This document shows, one piece after another, positions 12,797-25,298 of a DNA stretch of 64,000 bases (its first letter is position 1; each line of letters begins with the position of its first letter). The stretch is taken from positions 285,820,001-285,884,000 of the forward strand of contig OZ024740.1 in assembly GCA_964016885.1 (NCBI GenBank), written 5' to 3'. The translations under genes were made by a program, and so were the position numbers. This DNA is from Eledone cirrhosa (Eukaryota). The notes below the pieces were generated by a model, which saw only the letters and a list, made by a program, of their open reading frames with translations, did no database searches and was not told where the DNA came from.

Positions 12797-15420
12797 TAAG
12801 TATATTATGAATTATATTATAGGCACAGGCTTGGCTGTGTGGCTAAGAAATAGTTTACTCTGGAATCACACGGTTCAATTCCACTGTGTGGAATCTAGTG
12901 CAAGTGTCTTCTACTATAGCCTTAGGTCAACAAATGCCTTATGAGCACATTTGGTACATGGAAACTTTAAGGAAGCCTGTCATACACGTATTCAATCACA
13001 CACTCACATGCACATTGAGATTGTTTATAAAAATGGCAATATTTTTTATGTTCCCCATAAACAATGTGTTCTGAAGCATAGTAATTTGACAAATATTAGA
13101 GGTATATATATACGATACTTAGAAAATAGAGTATGGATTGACATCAGGAAGATCATTTGGCTGTAGGAAATCTGCCTCAAAAAGTTTTATCTCAACCCAT
13201 GCAAGCATGGAAAAGGCAGGCATAAAAATGACGATGATGATATTTTGAATAATATTATTTTGTAATATAAATATAAACATAAATTATATACTGTGAACAA
13301 CATTATTTATAATGTAAATATATTTAATTTGAAAGAAAAAAAAAAGAAAGAAAAGTATTGAGTTAAATTTTTTAATGATAAAATATATTATTCTTATTTA
13401 AGATTTATTTTTGTTCCCAGAGCTTAGATTATATAACCAACCACTTCTTAGTTTAATCTATTATACCTCCATTGTTCTTGTGAATGTTAAAACCTAAAAG
13501 AGCATTGACCTAGCTGGCTAATTTAGATTGTTATATATAGCACTGGAATAAGATTTCTGACCACTTGAAAATAGAGCTAAGAACCACTTGACTGAGTTGT
13601 GGTTATAGATGGACAAATAATCTTGATATAATTGGGTAAATATATATAAACACACACACAGTTTCCATAGGATGGTTATCTTGTACACCACCTACTTTAA
13701 TCTTATACAGCAGGCAACTATAACTTTCAAAGTTATTATAAATGCTTGGCCTCACAATCACTGATGTTGATATTGTTGTTTAGTTCTAGGTTAGCTCTGA
13801 CTATGCAAACCTTTGCTCAAATGCATTCCAGATATGACCATCCCATTTTTTTTTGCTATGTGCAGGGAGGGAACCCAACATCATGTTATCCAATGTAGTT
13901 TTTTTCCAAACTGGTGGGGTGTGATTTGAGGGAGATTTGGCTGCTATTTCTAACAGGTCAAGCAACCATGTAGAAACCCTCTTGTTGGCTCATCCCAATC
14001 ATTAATGATCTCTCATAGCAATCTTGCATTCATAACAGCAAAAATTGGGTCCCATAGATTAGTTCTTTTCTTCGGGGTCTGAAAACACAAAGCTTAAGTA
14101 AGAGTCACAATGAAATACTACCTCTGTTACTACACACTTCAACATCAGAGGCTACACACAAAAGAAAGGCTATTGATTTGGACACTCACTCAACAATGCA
14201 CCACAACCTCTGAACCATAGATGCACTGACTCTTCACTCTTCTTTTTCTACTGATACTATACTGACCTTTACCACTACTACAAAGGCCAGTTTTATGTAG
14301 TTTTGTATCAAAAGGGTTAACCCATGCTTCAAAATAAACAGCTTTGTACCAGGGCATTTGATACCATTTGATACCAGCATTTGATACCAGGGGCAGTTTC
14401 AGGTGGTTTGATATCGAAAGGGTTCATAACCCTTTTGAGACAGAACCACCTGAAACTGTCCTTGATGACACAAAGCTGTTTATATTATCTAAAAACCTTC
14501 CTTCATAATTTTATGTAAGAACATGTTCCAAACACCAGTTTAATAATGAGATTCCTGATTATTTTCAACATTTTTGAAAAATGTTAAGCAATGTCTTTTG
14601 TTAGAAATATGGTAACCAATGCATTAAACCCCCTTTTTTTCTATGCCAGGTTGGCATCTACAATTTGCCTTCAATATTTTTTAGAGTTTCTTCTGTTTTA
14701 TGCCTTTAGTTTAACTCTTAACATTACATAAAAAATGTTCAGAACAATCTATCTACTAGTAATAATAATATTAACAAACCCGTTTTTACATATTTTCTAC
14801 TAAATCATTACTGGACGTTAAGAGTTGATAATCAGTACAATTATATTTTTACATGTATGCACTTTTTACCACTCAAACAGAAAAGTAAACAATGGTGGGA
14901 ACAGAGGCATAGCAAGGGAGTGAAAGGTAGGGGTGGGTAAAAAGTGTCACAAAGTTTCCTATATCTTATTATGCCTGTTAATTAAGATGGAGCATCAAAA
15001 GTGTCTCTACTCCCAAGCACTGAGAGCCCTTGCTTCATCAGAGGTGAACTTGTTTTCAGTCAAGTAAACTGAAGCAAGTAAAGTTGTATGACTTTCTCAG
15101 AGACTTCACAATACAAGCTAACAAAGAAACCTTCACATGATAGCTCGATTGGCTAGAATCAACAGCCAAATCTCCCTCATATAACATCTTATTGTCTGAT
15201 TTAATCAAGGATACACTGAATAGTCTTACATTATGTCTGAATAAAAAATTAGATTGTCATGACTGGAACAAGTTTGGTTGTATAGGTCAACTTGACCAGG
15301 GCAAACCTGTGGTTAAACAACAACATAACAGTAAGTATTTGAACATCTTCACATTTGGTCATTTGTCTAGCATTGTAACCTCACAATCACTGCTCCACTT
15401 GCAAATAATAATAATTATTA

Positions 15421-15615
15421 TTTCTACTTTTGGCACAAGGCCAGCAATTACTCCAGTGAATTACTGGTGCTTTATCTTATCGACGCCGTAAGGATGAGAG
15501 GCAAAGTTAACCTCTGCGAGATTTGAATTTGGGACGTAAAGGGCTATAACTCTGTGCTCCAAAGCATGGTAGAGCATCAGACGATGCTCTACCAATACTG
15601 CCATTCCACTGCCCA
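15421..15615 (-). mobile_element. tRNA-derived SINE (Meta-domain-like family)
   Basis: Reverse complement homolog of 44092-44283. Confidence 0.8.
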
Positions 15616-16925
15616 GTAATAATAATAATAATAATGATAATAATAATAATCATTCATTCATTCATTGAGAAATCTTTACTTCCTCAGTATATACTCATAA
15701 TATACTATTTCTGTTTACTACTAGAAATTATTCTATATTTTTTTAATGGAATTATGCTGTAGTATTCAGTGTAATAACATAAAAATACTTTCTCTTTTGC
15801 TTGACTGCAATTGAAGAGCTTTAAGCTTCCCCTTAACCTGATTCTGAATTACTGTCTATTATTCTAGGAAAAATCTGCTTAAGATAAACTGTAATAACTC
15901 ACTAGTTTCAATATCAGTTAAAAACCTCTCCAGCATTTCTCCTTATTATGACAGTATATAATAGTGGAAGTAAGTATCATTAGTAGAGAGTAGAGAGTCG
16001 TCTTCACAGTGTTGAGCTTATTCCCAGTTAGAGATAAACTTGTTAATGGAAAGCATTCAATAACTGTTTTTCTTTCTCCAGTAATACTTGATATGGTTCA
16101 CAGCGTTTCTATATTTTTTTCACACTTCATCTTCTCTTTCCTCGAGCTTGTACTGTTGATGTTGTTTCTATTGCCTCTTTATATAATACATTCTCAGAAA
16201 ATATAATCTTTGGGTTTTCATTACCAATTCCAATGACTTCTTTTCATCAATACTCTTAGTACAGTTATGAATATCAAAATTTCTTGTTTTCTTCTTTTGC
16301 ACAGTGTTACAAAATCATGATCATGACAATCTGCACGAATATGTGTATATGTGTGCAGGTGTAGATAATCACGTGTGTAGTTAAGATTTTTATTTAATTT
16401 TGCTGTGACCTGTTCTCTCTTTCTCCCTATGTACTTTGTCGCTATCAACTCTTCCCCTCTCTTTCTTTCTCTCCCTTTCTCCCTCTCACTTTTACACTCC
16501 CTCTCTCTGCTAGCTACCATGCTACTTCCACTGTTTTTCTCGACATTGCCTCTTTTCTACTCTCGCAGAGGTCAGACCTGTTTTTTTTTTTGCTCCCTGT
16601 TTCACCGTCTACTCAGCCTCGGTCTTAAGTCCAGTAGCTGTTGTTGACAGCCTTTCTTTCTCTTCTGTTGCTACTATATGTGCTTCTCGTGTTTCCCTCT
16701 TCGGTATGTTTTTTCCAATTTTTTTTCCGTTTTATTTTACATTCTTTTTTCCCTTCTGTTATATTTTTTTCTCTCTCTCTCAATTTCCCCCCAATATCTT
16801 CCTTTAGTTATTGACGCACTGGAGCTAGACATATTGTCTTTAATGCGTAGAAATGTCCACGATCTCCAGAAGACAACTGATGAAGGGAAACTACCTCCGT
16901 TCATGCTTTCCTCTTATTTATAAAT

Positions 16926-16960
<35 letters not shown>

Positions 16961-17569
16961 TCATTTATTTCTGAATGGCTTGATATTTCTTGTATTGATT
17001 TCTCAAGCACAAGCCTGTTTTCTACAAGAAACCTAGTGCTCTTAGGTATCTAGCATGCCATCTAGAACGGAAACTGACAGACTGTACTAACCCATCTTTC
17101 CCATGCCAGCATGGGAAACAGACTTCTGAAAAAGTTGATGATGATGATGGAGCGACAGACTCCTAGTCTTCATTAAGGCATCTCTCTAGAAGGTCACCCT
17201 GATATAAAACCTGCGACTTCATTTGCATCCAATGATTTAGATCAGTGCTACTTTTTGGGTAACTGCATTTGATGTTCAGAGAGCGTGATTGGAGCCGTGC
17301 AAAGCCTTTCCTCACTTACAAAAGCTTCAAGCATAGGCACCGCTTGATGTGACATTTTTTGTGATGCATGGTATTGCTGGCCATAGGCAAGTCCCTAGCA
17401 GGACTAAAAAGGACTAAAAAGCCATGTCCATGATGCTCATGCTTAAGTATCAAGCAATGGCATAACTTGAAAACAAGTTGCAGCCATCATTATATACATT
17501 ATATACATATACATATACATTATATACATATACATATACATATAAATACGTTTACCAATATATATATCA

Positions 17570-18847
17570 GGCAAAAGTACCACAGACGCTCTTTTCATTG
17601 TACGACAACTACAGGAGAAGTACCTAGCTAAAAGTAAACCCCTATACTTAGCTTTCGTCGACTTGGAGAAAGCCTTCGACAGAGTCCCCCGTTCCATTAT
17701 CTGGTGGTCTCTTAGAAAACTAGGTGTTGACGAATGGCTTGTGAGAGCTATACAAGCCATGTATAAAGAAACAGTCCGTAAGGTTAGAATTAACGACGAA
17801 TATAGTGAAGAGTTTAGCGTAAAAGTTGGTGTCCATCAGGGCTCTGTTCTTAGCCCCCTACTATTTATTATTGCCCTTCAGGCTATAACAGAGGAGTTCA
17901 AGACCGGCTGCCCATGGGAACTCCTATACGCAGATGATCTAACGCTCATAGCTGAATCAATGACCGAACTAGAGAAGAAATTCCAAACATGGAAGCACGG
18001 CCTAGAATCAAAAGGCCTTAAAATTAACCTGGCTAAGACTAAAGTTCTAGTTTGTAGGAAAGAAAATAAGGCGGCAGTCCCATCTGGAAAATGGCCATGC
18101 TCAGTGTGTAGGAAAGGCGTAGGTAGAAACTCCATTTTATGTCCCAAATGCAAAGTATGGGGGCATAAAAGATGTAGTGGGATCACAGGTAAGCTAACTA
18201 AGAACATAGATTTTACATGTGGCCGGTGCTCTGGTGCAATAAGTAGCAGCAAGTGCCCACAAAATACTAGCTCCTTCAACTGCGCAGAGGGTTCTATAGA
18301 AATAGTGGACAGCTTCCGTTACCTGGGCGACAAAATCAGCAGTGGGGGAGGGTGCTCTGAAAGTACAGTAGCTAGAGTCAGAACTGGATGGAAAAAGTTC
18401 AGAGAGCTTATACCACTATTAGCCGCTAGAGGGTTCTCCCTAAAAATGAAAGGCAGGTTATACGATGCCTGCATACGAACAGCAATGCTGCATGGCAGTG
18501 AGACCTGGGCATTGTGTGCAGAGGACATACGCAGTCTAGAGAGGAACGAAGCTTGCATGCTCCGCTGGATGTGCAATAGTAATATACGTGAACGGCAAAG
18601 CATAAACGAACTAAGGAAAAAATTAGAAATAAGAGGGATCAGATGTTGTTTACTCGAGAGAAGGCTACGTTGGTACGGTCACATGATGCGCATGAAAGAC
18701 GACAGCTGTATAACAAAGTGCAGGGCAATAAAGATAGACGGTAGCCACGGAGTAGGCAGACCCAGAAAAACATGGGACGAGCTGATAAATTCCGACCTCA
18801 CACGCTTACACCTCTCCAAGACAATGTCACTGGACCGAGACCTTTGA
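17570..18847 (+). pseudogene. RTE-type reverse transcriptase (partial ORF) with internal PHD-like zinc finger
   Basis: Open frame GKSTTDALF..LAFVDLEKAFDRV, GVHQGSVLSPLLF, LLYADDL, KINLAKTKV, FRYLG, MLHGSETW, RRLRWYGH, GRPRKTW. TGA at 18845 is likely a mutated TGG, since paralogs read DRDLWRHAV, giving an ancestral stop at 18883. Confidence 0.92.
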
Positions 18848-19389
18848 CGGTACTCAGTAATAGAGAAGACCCGCCTTACCTAAATACAAAGTAAAAACCT
18901 ACTATAGTCAGTAGGCATCTCTATCAAAACACCCCCCCCCCCCCCCGTCCCACCACCTCCACCCCATCCACACCGCCCCTTTCAATGTAAAGTTATGTTG
19001 GTCCCACAACATCCAGGCCGAAACAAATGAGATCGTGTAGGTGTCACGACAAAAAAACACACAGTCCACGCTGTAAATGTGGCCGTGTAGGCAACACGGT
19101 AAAAACCTCCCAGCCCCACACTGTAAATGTGGTTGGTGTTAGGAAGGGCATCCAGCTGTAGAAAACCCGCCAGACAGTCCACGCTGTAATGTGGCCGTGT
19201 AGGCAACACGGTAAAAACCTCCCAGCCCCACACTGTAAATGTGGTTGGTGTTAGGAAGGGCATCCAACTGTAGAAAACCCGCCAGACAGTCCTATGCGAG
19301 CAAGACAACCACTCTTGCCTCAAGTGGGAAAACCCGCGTCCAAACCCATGCAAGCGTGGAACACGGACGCTAAACCTGATGATGATGAT
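17570..19389 (+). mobile_element. 5'-truncated RTE-clade LINE with long 3' UTR and (GAT)n tail, inserted in TA-rich repeat
   Basis: The RT frame starts abruptly after (TA)n. The 3' UTR ends AACCCATGCAAGCGTGGAACACGGACGCTAAACCTGATGATGATGAT, the same terminus as the other RTE 3' ends in the window, and contains a ~117-bp tandem duplication (~19062-19292). Confidence 0.9.
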
Positions 19390-19461
19390 ATATACATATA
19401 TATACAGTTGGTTGTGGGTTCGATACTACGGGGTATATATAAATATAAATATATATATATA

Positions 19462-19605
19462 TGGAAGCACATGGCTTAGTGGTTAGAGCATTGGCCTTGG
19501 AATCGAAAGGTTGTGAGTTCATTTCTCAGACCGGGTCATGTGTTGTTTCCTTGAGCAAGACACTTTATTTCACATTGCTCCAGTTTACTCAGCTGTAGAA
19601 ATGAG
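19462..19605 (+). mobile_element. tRNA-derived SINE head and core
   Basis: TGGCTTAGTGGTTAGAGC (A box), GAGTTCATTTC (B-box-like), TTCCTTGAGCAAGACACTT core. Confidence 0.65.
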
Positions 19606-19930
19606 ATGATAGGGACTGGGGTCCATATCATTCCACTGCAAAGTGGTCGTGGAGGTGCCACGGCAAAAAAGCACCCAGCACTCACTGTAAATGAGGTTGG
19701 TGTTAGGAAGGGCATCCAGCTGTAGAAATCAAGCTAGAATCAGTTCCCGTCCCACCCTTGCAAGCAGGGAAAGTGGGCGTAAAATGATGATGATGATGCT
19801 ATAACAAAGAGGGTGTGGTAAGATACCAGGTGGACCATAACGCAGCAGAGTACTCAATACTTAGGGCAGTAGAGTTCAGATCTAGCTGTCGAAATGGCCG
19901 GAATCCAGCTGTCGGGGTCCTGACTCTTTT

Positions 19931-19983
<53 letters not shown>

Positions 19984-20014
19984 AAGTGGTAACACAACAG
20001 TTAGTTCACCATAC

Positions 20015-20055
20015 CGAGAACAATTGTTTCACCTTAGCAGCAGATCTTCAGCTCG
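20015..20055 (-). ncRNA. Minimal type I hammerhead ribozyme motif (CUGAAGA core)
   Basis: CGAG-CUGAAGA-UCUGCUGCUAAGGU-GAAAC-AAUU-GUU/CUCG: 4-bp stem I, both core boxes, palindromic stem III ACAAUUGU, GUU cleavage triplet. Stem II is weak. Confidence 0.65.
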
Positions 20056-20127
20056 CAATGGTCATGGTTATACGGAACAGGAAGGACATGCGGTTGTTCT
20101 TCCTGTTCCGTATAACCATGACCAGTA

Positions 20128-20165
20128 TGAGCTGAAGATCCGCTAAGGTGAAACAATTGTTGTCG
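20128..20165 (+). ncRNA. Mirror hammerhead motif with disrupted stem I
   Basis: UGAG-CUGAAGA-UCCGCUAAGGU-GAAAC-AAUU-GUU/GUCG; the first stem I pair is a G.G mismatch. Confidence 0.45.
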
Positions 20166-20273
20166 GTATGGTGAACTAACTGTTGTGTTACCACTTCTAC
20201 CTAACTCGTCCCATGGACTGAGTGCTCTACCACTATGGATATTACCTTCCAGTGTTCTACCCCTATCTCTCTC

Positions 20274-20312
<39 letters not shown>

Positions 20313-20398
20313 AATATATATATATATATGTGTGTGTGTGTATATATATATCATCATCATTAATGTCCATTTTCCACATTAGCATATAGCTGGATATA

Positions 20399-20879
20399 TC
20401 TAAACTATAATAAAGTAAGGAGTGCGGGACTGCGTCCAGAATATATTTTTTGTCCCGTTTGTAAAATAAGTTGGATTACTTTGAATAAATAATGAATGAA
20501 TATTACATAATTTATCTACTAAATTTCATAGCTGTTGATTAAATATATTTTATAGTTTATTTAAAGATTCACTTCTTTAAAATTTTCAAATGTCAACACT
20601 TCCGGTTAGCGATCGCTTAAATAAACATTCATATATTTCTGTCACTAATTTTCTCCTAATGCAGTTTATATATAATATCGCCTTTTTTTAATGTATCATG
20701 GATTACGTTACTGATTACATAAGAGAGTGTAACGCAGTCTTCGTTCAATTTCTGTGTATATTGTCAATTACGATTTTATTTGATGCATCATATCTACATG
20801 CATATATACTTGCGTATAATATCAATATGCACACTACTCATGCAAGCTGAAAACCACCCGAAGGGTGGTTTTCTGCTAG
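20399..20879 (+). mobile_element. Non-autonomous Helitron
   Basis: A|TCTAAACTATAATAA 5' end, subterminal hairpin GAAAACCACCC-GAA-GGGTGGTTTTC (20849-20873), CTAG|T 3' end, inserted between A and T. Confidence 0.85.
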
Positions 20880-23875
20880 TATATATAATGATGTCTAGCA
20901 AATTCCTCTTACATAGTACTGGAAGTTATGGGAGGAAACAAAGGCCAAAAGTACAGTGAATGTGATAGTGTTAAGAACATGACAACCTCTACATTGATTG
21001 TGCCATGATAAACACGCCCTGTGCACTTTGTCATTAGGAAAGGCATCCAACTGTAGAAACCATGCAAAAATGAAATGTATCTAATCAAGACACATTTCTA
21101 AGTACTGACTGACTTTCCAAATCATACCAGCATGGAAAAGCAGACATAAAATGATGATAATAATAGAAATCTCCATTTACTTTATTGAAATATAGCCTCT
21201 TTCAGGAAGGGTATTATATAGAAAATATAGTAATTGTTTCTACTTTTGGCACAAAGCCAGCAATTACCCCAGTGCATTACTGGTGCTTTATTTAATCAAC
21301 CCGTAAGCATAAGAATGAAAGGCAATATTATTATATTGAATATTATTATGTTCAATATTATTATATTGGAAAAAAAAAAAAAAAATAATAATCCAGAAAT
21401 GTCTGGGCTGCAATTTATTTAACTAAACATGCAGTTTATAATTAAACCTTCTATGTAATGTTTGCTATAAGACCTTTTTTTAAAGGAGAGATTTGTTAAA
21501 GTAGAATTTCTCCTTTGTTGTGTTATTGATAAATCTGTTCTCATACATATATTCTCTCCGATCAATAGAGCCCCCACTAAGATCTGTGATCCTAATAATG
21601 TTAATCTAAATACTTTGATATTAGTCATTCTGTTCTGATTAGGAACACTCACTATTGACCAAACAACATGCTACATTAGGAAATGGGAGGAGGGCTCCCC
21701 AATCTTTCATATACCTGCAGTGTGCCTGAGTGAGTCATGGATATAATGATGATAAACACAGAAATTATTAGCTGTCCAATGTTTGATTTATTAAAAATCC
21801 AATATTACTACTTGTTGCAATTTCTTTCCTTTTTTTATTCATATATGAGGTTTTATTTCTTAGGAGTCTTCATTAATATTTTTATATAATTTCTTAATAA
21901 GAGTCTATTAATCATTTTTAACTGACTATTTGTTTTAAATTGTATAATTTAATACATTTTGTTTGAAATATTAAATACACCTGCATTTTCTATAATAGTG
22001 TTGTTTTTCTGTTATGCGGCCAAAAAAAAAATCTATTTTTCATGATCTCTAAATATATGTATGTATTGAATGAGCTTTTTAAAGAAATCTTATGAATTTT
22101 TTATATCGAACAAAATTTTTCATCCTACACTATTAGTGGTTCCCAAATAGTGAGTTGTTGCAAAGTAAGCTATGAAAATAATAAACTTAAGTAGTTTTTA
22201 TTTTATATGAATCCATGTGAAATATGTGGTTAGGGTTGTTTTGGGGAAACTGGCACAATGCAAGTTGAAAACAAAGGAGTGGAAATTAGAGTAAAAATGA
22301 GATAAACAAAACTGTTTACACTTTTACCTTATATTTCATGTTATTTTGAGGATAGGACCATTTCTTTTTCTAAAGAAAGGAAATGGAGTGTGATGTTGAT
22401 GATGAGTTCAGTGTTAAAAATGAGAAAAGATACAAACTGAAATTCAAAATATAATGTCATAATAAACATTTATATACATATTTCATGTGATATTGGTTTG
22501 AAATTATTTAAAGACCAAGAATAGGTTTTTATATCCAGCAATACTAAACAGAAATTAAGCATGCAGAGTTACATATTGACACTTTTTAGATTTCTGTTGG
22601 TGTAGTAAAAATCCTTCATCTATTTTGATTTAGTTTTCAACCTTATAGACAAAGGTGCCCTGTCTAGAACAGTAGTCACTCTGAATAAAAATTGATACAA
22701 TGTAAAGAGGACTCTTAAATCCCGACTGATAACCTCTCTTGTGCCAGTGGCACAATAAAATGCACCTAGTTAATGGTGAGAGAAAGGACATTCAGCTAGA
22801 AAATCCATACAAAAAAAAAAAAAAAAATCACTATCATCATCATCATTATGCCCAACACATGCAAGCATGGAAAAGTGGACATATGAGGATGATGGTTTAT
22901 GTTAATTAGGATTTTCTTCACCCTAATATTCAATGCAAAAACAGAGAACATATGAGCAAGGAAATAGTCCTCTGCCTGTCTAAGAGAGTGGTAACTTTGA
23001 ATAAGAACTGACTTGGATCATAACAACCTATTCAACTCATAACAGCATAGAAAGCAGGCTTAAAATGATATTGAGAGAGAATTTATTGCATTGAAGGTGA
23101 AATGAGGCTGTTTATCCTATGTCCAAACAGAAAATATTGCCAAAAAACATCAAAGACTTGATAACTATGCTTCATTTATAGGTTAAAATATATGAATATC
23201 ATTTTGTAATATATTTTTGATGCTATTCACAAGGTATGCCAAAATATATTTATTTATTCTAAAACGCGCTGGCCCATATTCAAACACACATAGTCAGAAT
23301 CTTTCAAATATCATCAATGTCAATGACTGTTGTCAACTTCAAGATAAGGTTGGTGTGAATGGTTGAATTCCAAATGGGTGCTTGAACTTCTGCAATAGCT
23401 AATACTGAAGAAGGGCATCTGTCCATAGAATACTACCTTAAAAATTCTCATCTAACTATGATGTAAAATGATGATGACTGTGACATCAGATTATGAGGAG
23501 AAATTTGAGCTGGGAGGTAAGCTGGTAGAAATGTTAAACTAATGAATTTATTGTTTAATTGTTTTTCTAATTTATTTCATGTTTCTACATTGAATTCTTT
23601 GTGGTCTGTTTTGTCTTTAATTGCATCAATCTTGATTGTATAATATTAGGATCAACCAGTATAATATTAGGATCAATGGCCCTGTACAATATGCAGAAAA
23701 GGAGTAAGCAGAAACTCTGCATGCTATACACAATGCAAATCTTATACACGAGTGGTATAGTGGTATAGCAGGCAAACTAACAAAAAGGAAAACTTTGTAT
23801 ATAATAGATGCACAGGGGTAATTGATAGCAAAAGCATCCGTGATACAAATATTTTCCAATCACATGAAGGATCTA

Positions 23876-24484
23876 TAGCTTATGCTGCCTAGATGATCTA
23901 ATTAATAGTGGAAGAGAGTGCTCTAATAGCATAGTAGTTAGATTAAGGATAAGATGGAAGAGGTTTAGAGAGCTACTCCCTCTGTGGACAACAAAAGGTT
24001 TCTCCCTATGAATGAAAGGGCAGTCATATGACACCTGTGTGTGAAGTGCTATGTTGCATGGCAGTGAAGCATAGGCAGTGACTGCAAAGAATATGCATAG
24101 GCTGGAGAGAAATGAAACAAGCATGATTCGATGGATGTGCAATGTTAATGTGAGAGAATGGCAGAGCTTGGATGAACTGAGAGAAAAACTGGATTTAAGA
24201 GTAATCAGAAGTAGTGTTCAAAAGAGAAGACTGCGTTGGTATGGACATGCGATGTGCATGGATGATGATCGCTGGGTGAAGAAGTGCCTGGAAATCCCAG
24301 TAGAAGGAAACCACAATAGAGGTAGAACAAAGAAAACCTAGGTGGAGGTGGTGAGAACTGATCTCAATTTGTTGAAACTCAGAGGAGATAACAACGAAAT
24401 GCAATGACTGGGAAGATGCTGTGCTAAAAGGGACCCGTCCAACCCTTGCAAGTGGGGAAAAGTGGACATAGAAAATGGTGATGA
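23876..24484 (+). mobile_element. Degenerate RTE LINE 3' fragment
   Basis: Translation homologous to the 17570 RT C-terminus (RWKRFRELLPL, RLERNETSMIRWMCN, RRLRWYGH, RGRTKKT) with stops, followed by the CCCGTCCAACCCTTGCAAG...GTGGAC...GATGA tail. Confidence 0.85.
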
Positions 24485-24540
24485 ATACTAAATTGGCCTT
24501 GTAGATAAATGAAATGTAATTAAAATATTATGAAGATATT

Positions 24541-24837
24541 TTAACCCTTTAGTGTTCAAACCAGCCAAAACCAGCCAGAATTCTCTACCTCTTTCTGTTG
24601 AAACTGGCTGTAACTGGTCGCTGAAACTGATGTTAAGGTATTGTTCTCAAAATAAATACTTTCAAAATCTCATAGATTCGATATTATGTGAGGTAAAGCC
24701 ATGAAAATATAATAGTATATCTACCATGGAAATATAATAGTATATATAAAATAATTGTTTCTACTTTTGGCACAAGGCCAGCAATTACCCAGTGCATTAC
24801 TAGTATATATAAAATAATGTGAATGCTAAAGGGTTAA
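24541..24837. mobile_element. TTAA-flanked (piggyBac-like) MITE family A, with a SINE tail inserted at ~24750-24800
   Basis: TTAACCCTTTAG...CTAAAGGGTTAA termini; homologous to 45063-45287 and partial copy 36597-36810. Confidence 0.7.
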
Positions 24838-25241
24838 AGTGCGCAGGCTCTTTAACTTTGTCAGGGACAAGGCAACCTTTCTCATGTTGGTGCCATAATA
24901 AAATGCATCTGGTGCACACTGTGAAATAGTTGGTGTTAAGAAGGGCATCCAGTTGTAGAAACCATGCTAAAAATGGTTTGGGTGAGACATAGTTCTTTGA
25001 CATATCTAGGAGGGTAGTAACTACAAATAAGGACCAAATCCAGACTGTAATGATTCCTTCAACCCATGCCAGCATAGAAAGTAGATGTAAAATGATGATT
25101 ATGATGACACATTGTCTGACTCACCAATTTATGAAATCATTGAAATATTCATCATTTGTTTTTCTTATGTTTCATCTCTAGTATTAAGATTATAAATAAG
25201 ATCCAGTGAAAGACAATTTAAATGATTTTCTCTATTAGATT

Positions 25242-25298
<57 letters not shown>
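25242..25298. repeat. (TAG)n microsatellite
   Basis: Direct reading. Confidence 0.95.

Larger units (their letters stand above)
19982..20198. repeat. ~100-bp-arm inverted repeat (Penelope-like pLTR/retrozyme-like element) abutting (TA)n
   Basis: AGAAGTGGTAACACAACAGTTAGTTCACCATACCGA...GGAACAGGAAG / CTTCCTGTTCC...TCGGTATGGTGAACTAACTGTTGTGTTACCACTTCT, with near-perfect complementarity and a ~14-nt loop. Confidence 0.9.

Noticed and set aside
17878-18603. Antisense ORFs of 133 and 94 aa
   Set aside because: Shadow frames of the RTE RT with no independent motifs.
19062-19292. Repeat-spacer-like pattern suggesting a CRISPR array
   Set aside because: A simple ~117-bp tandem duplication in a LINE 3' UTR, in eukaryotic context with no unique spacers or cas genes.
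19982-20198. Long hairpins as pre-miRNAs or TIR MITEs
   Set aside because: The arms are long, one arm extends asymmetrically, there are no transposase-type termini or definable TSD, and the hammerhead/PLE features explain them better. Small-RNA production is not excluded.
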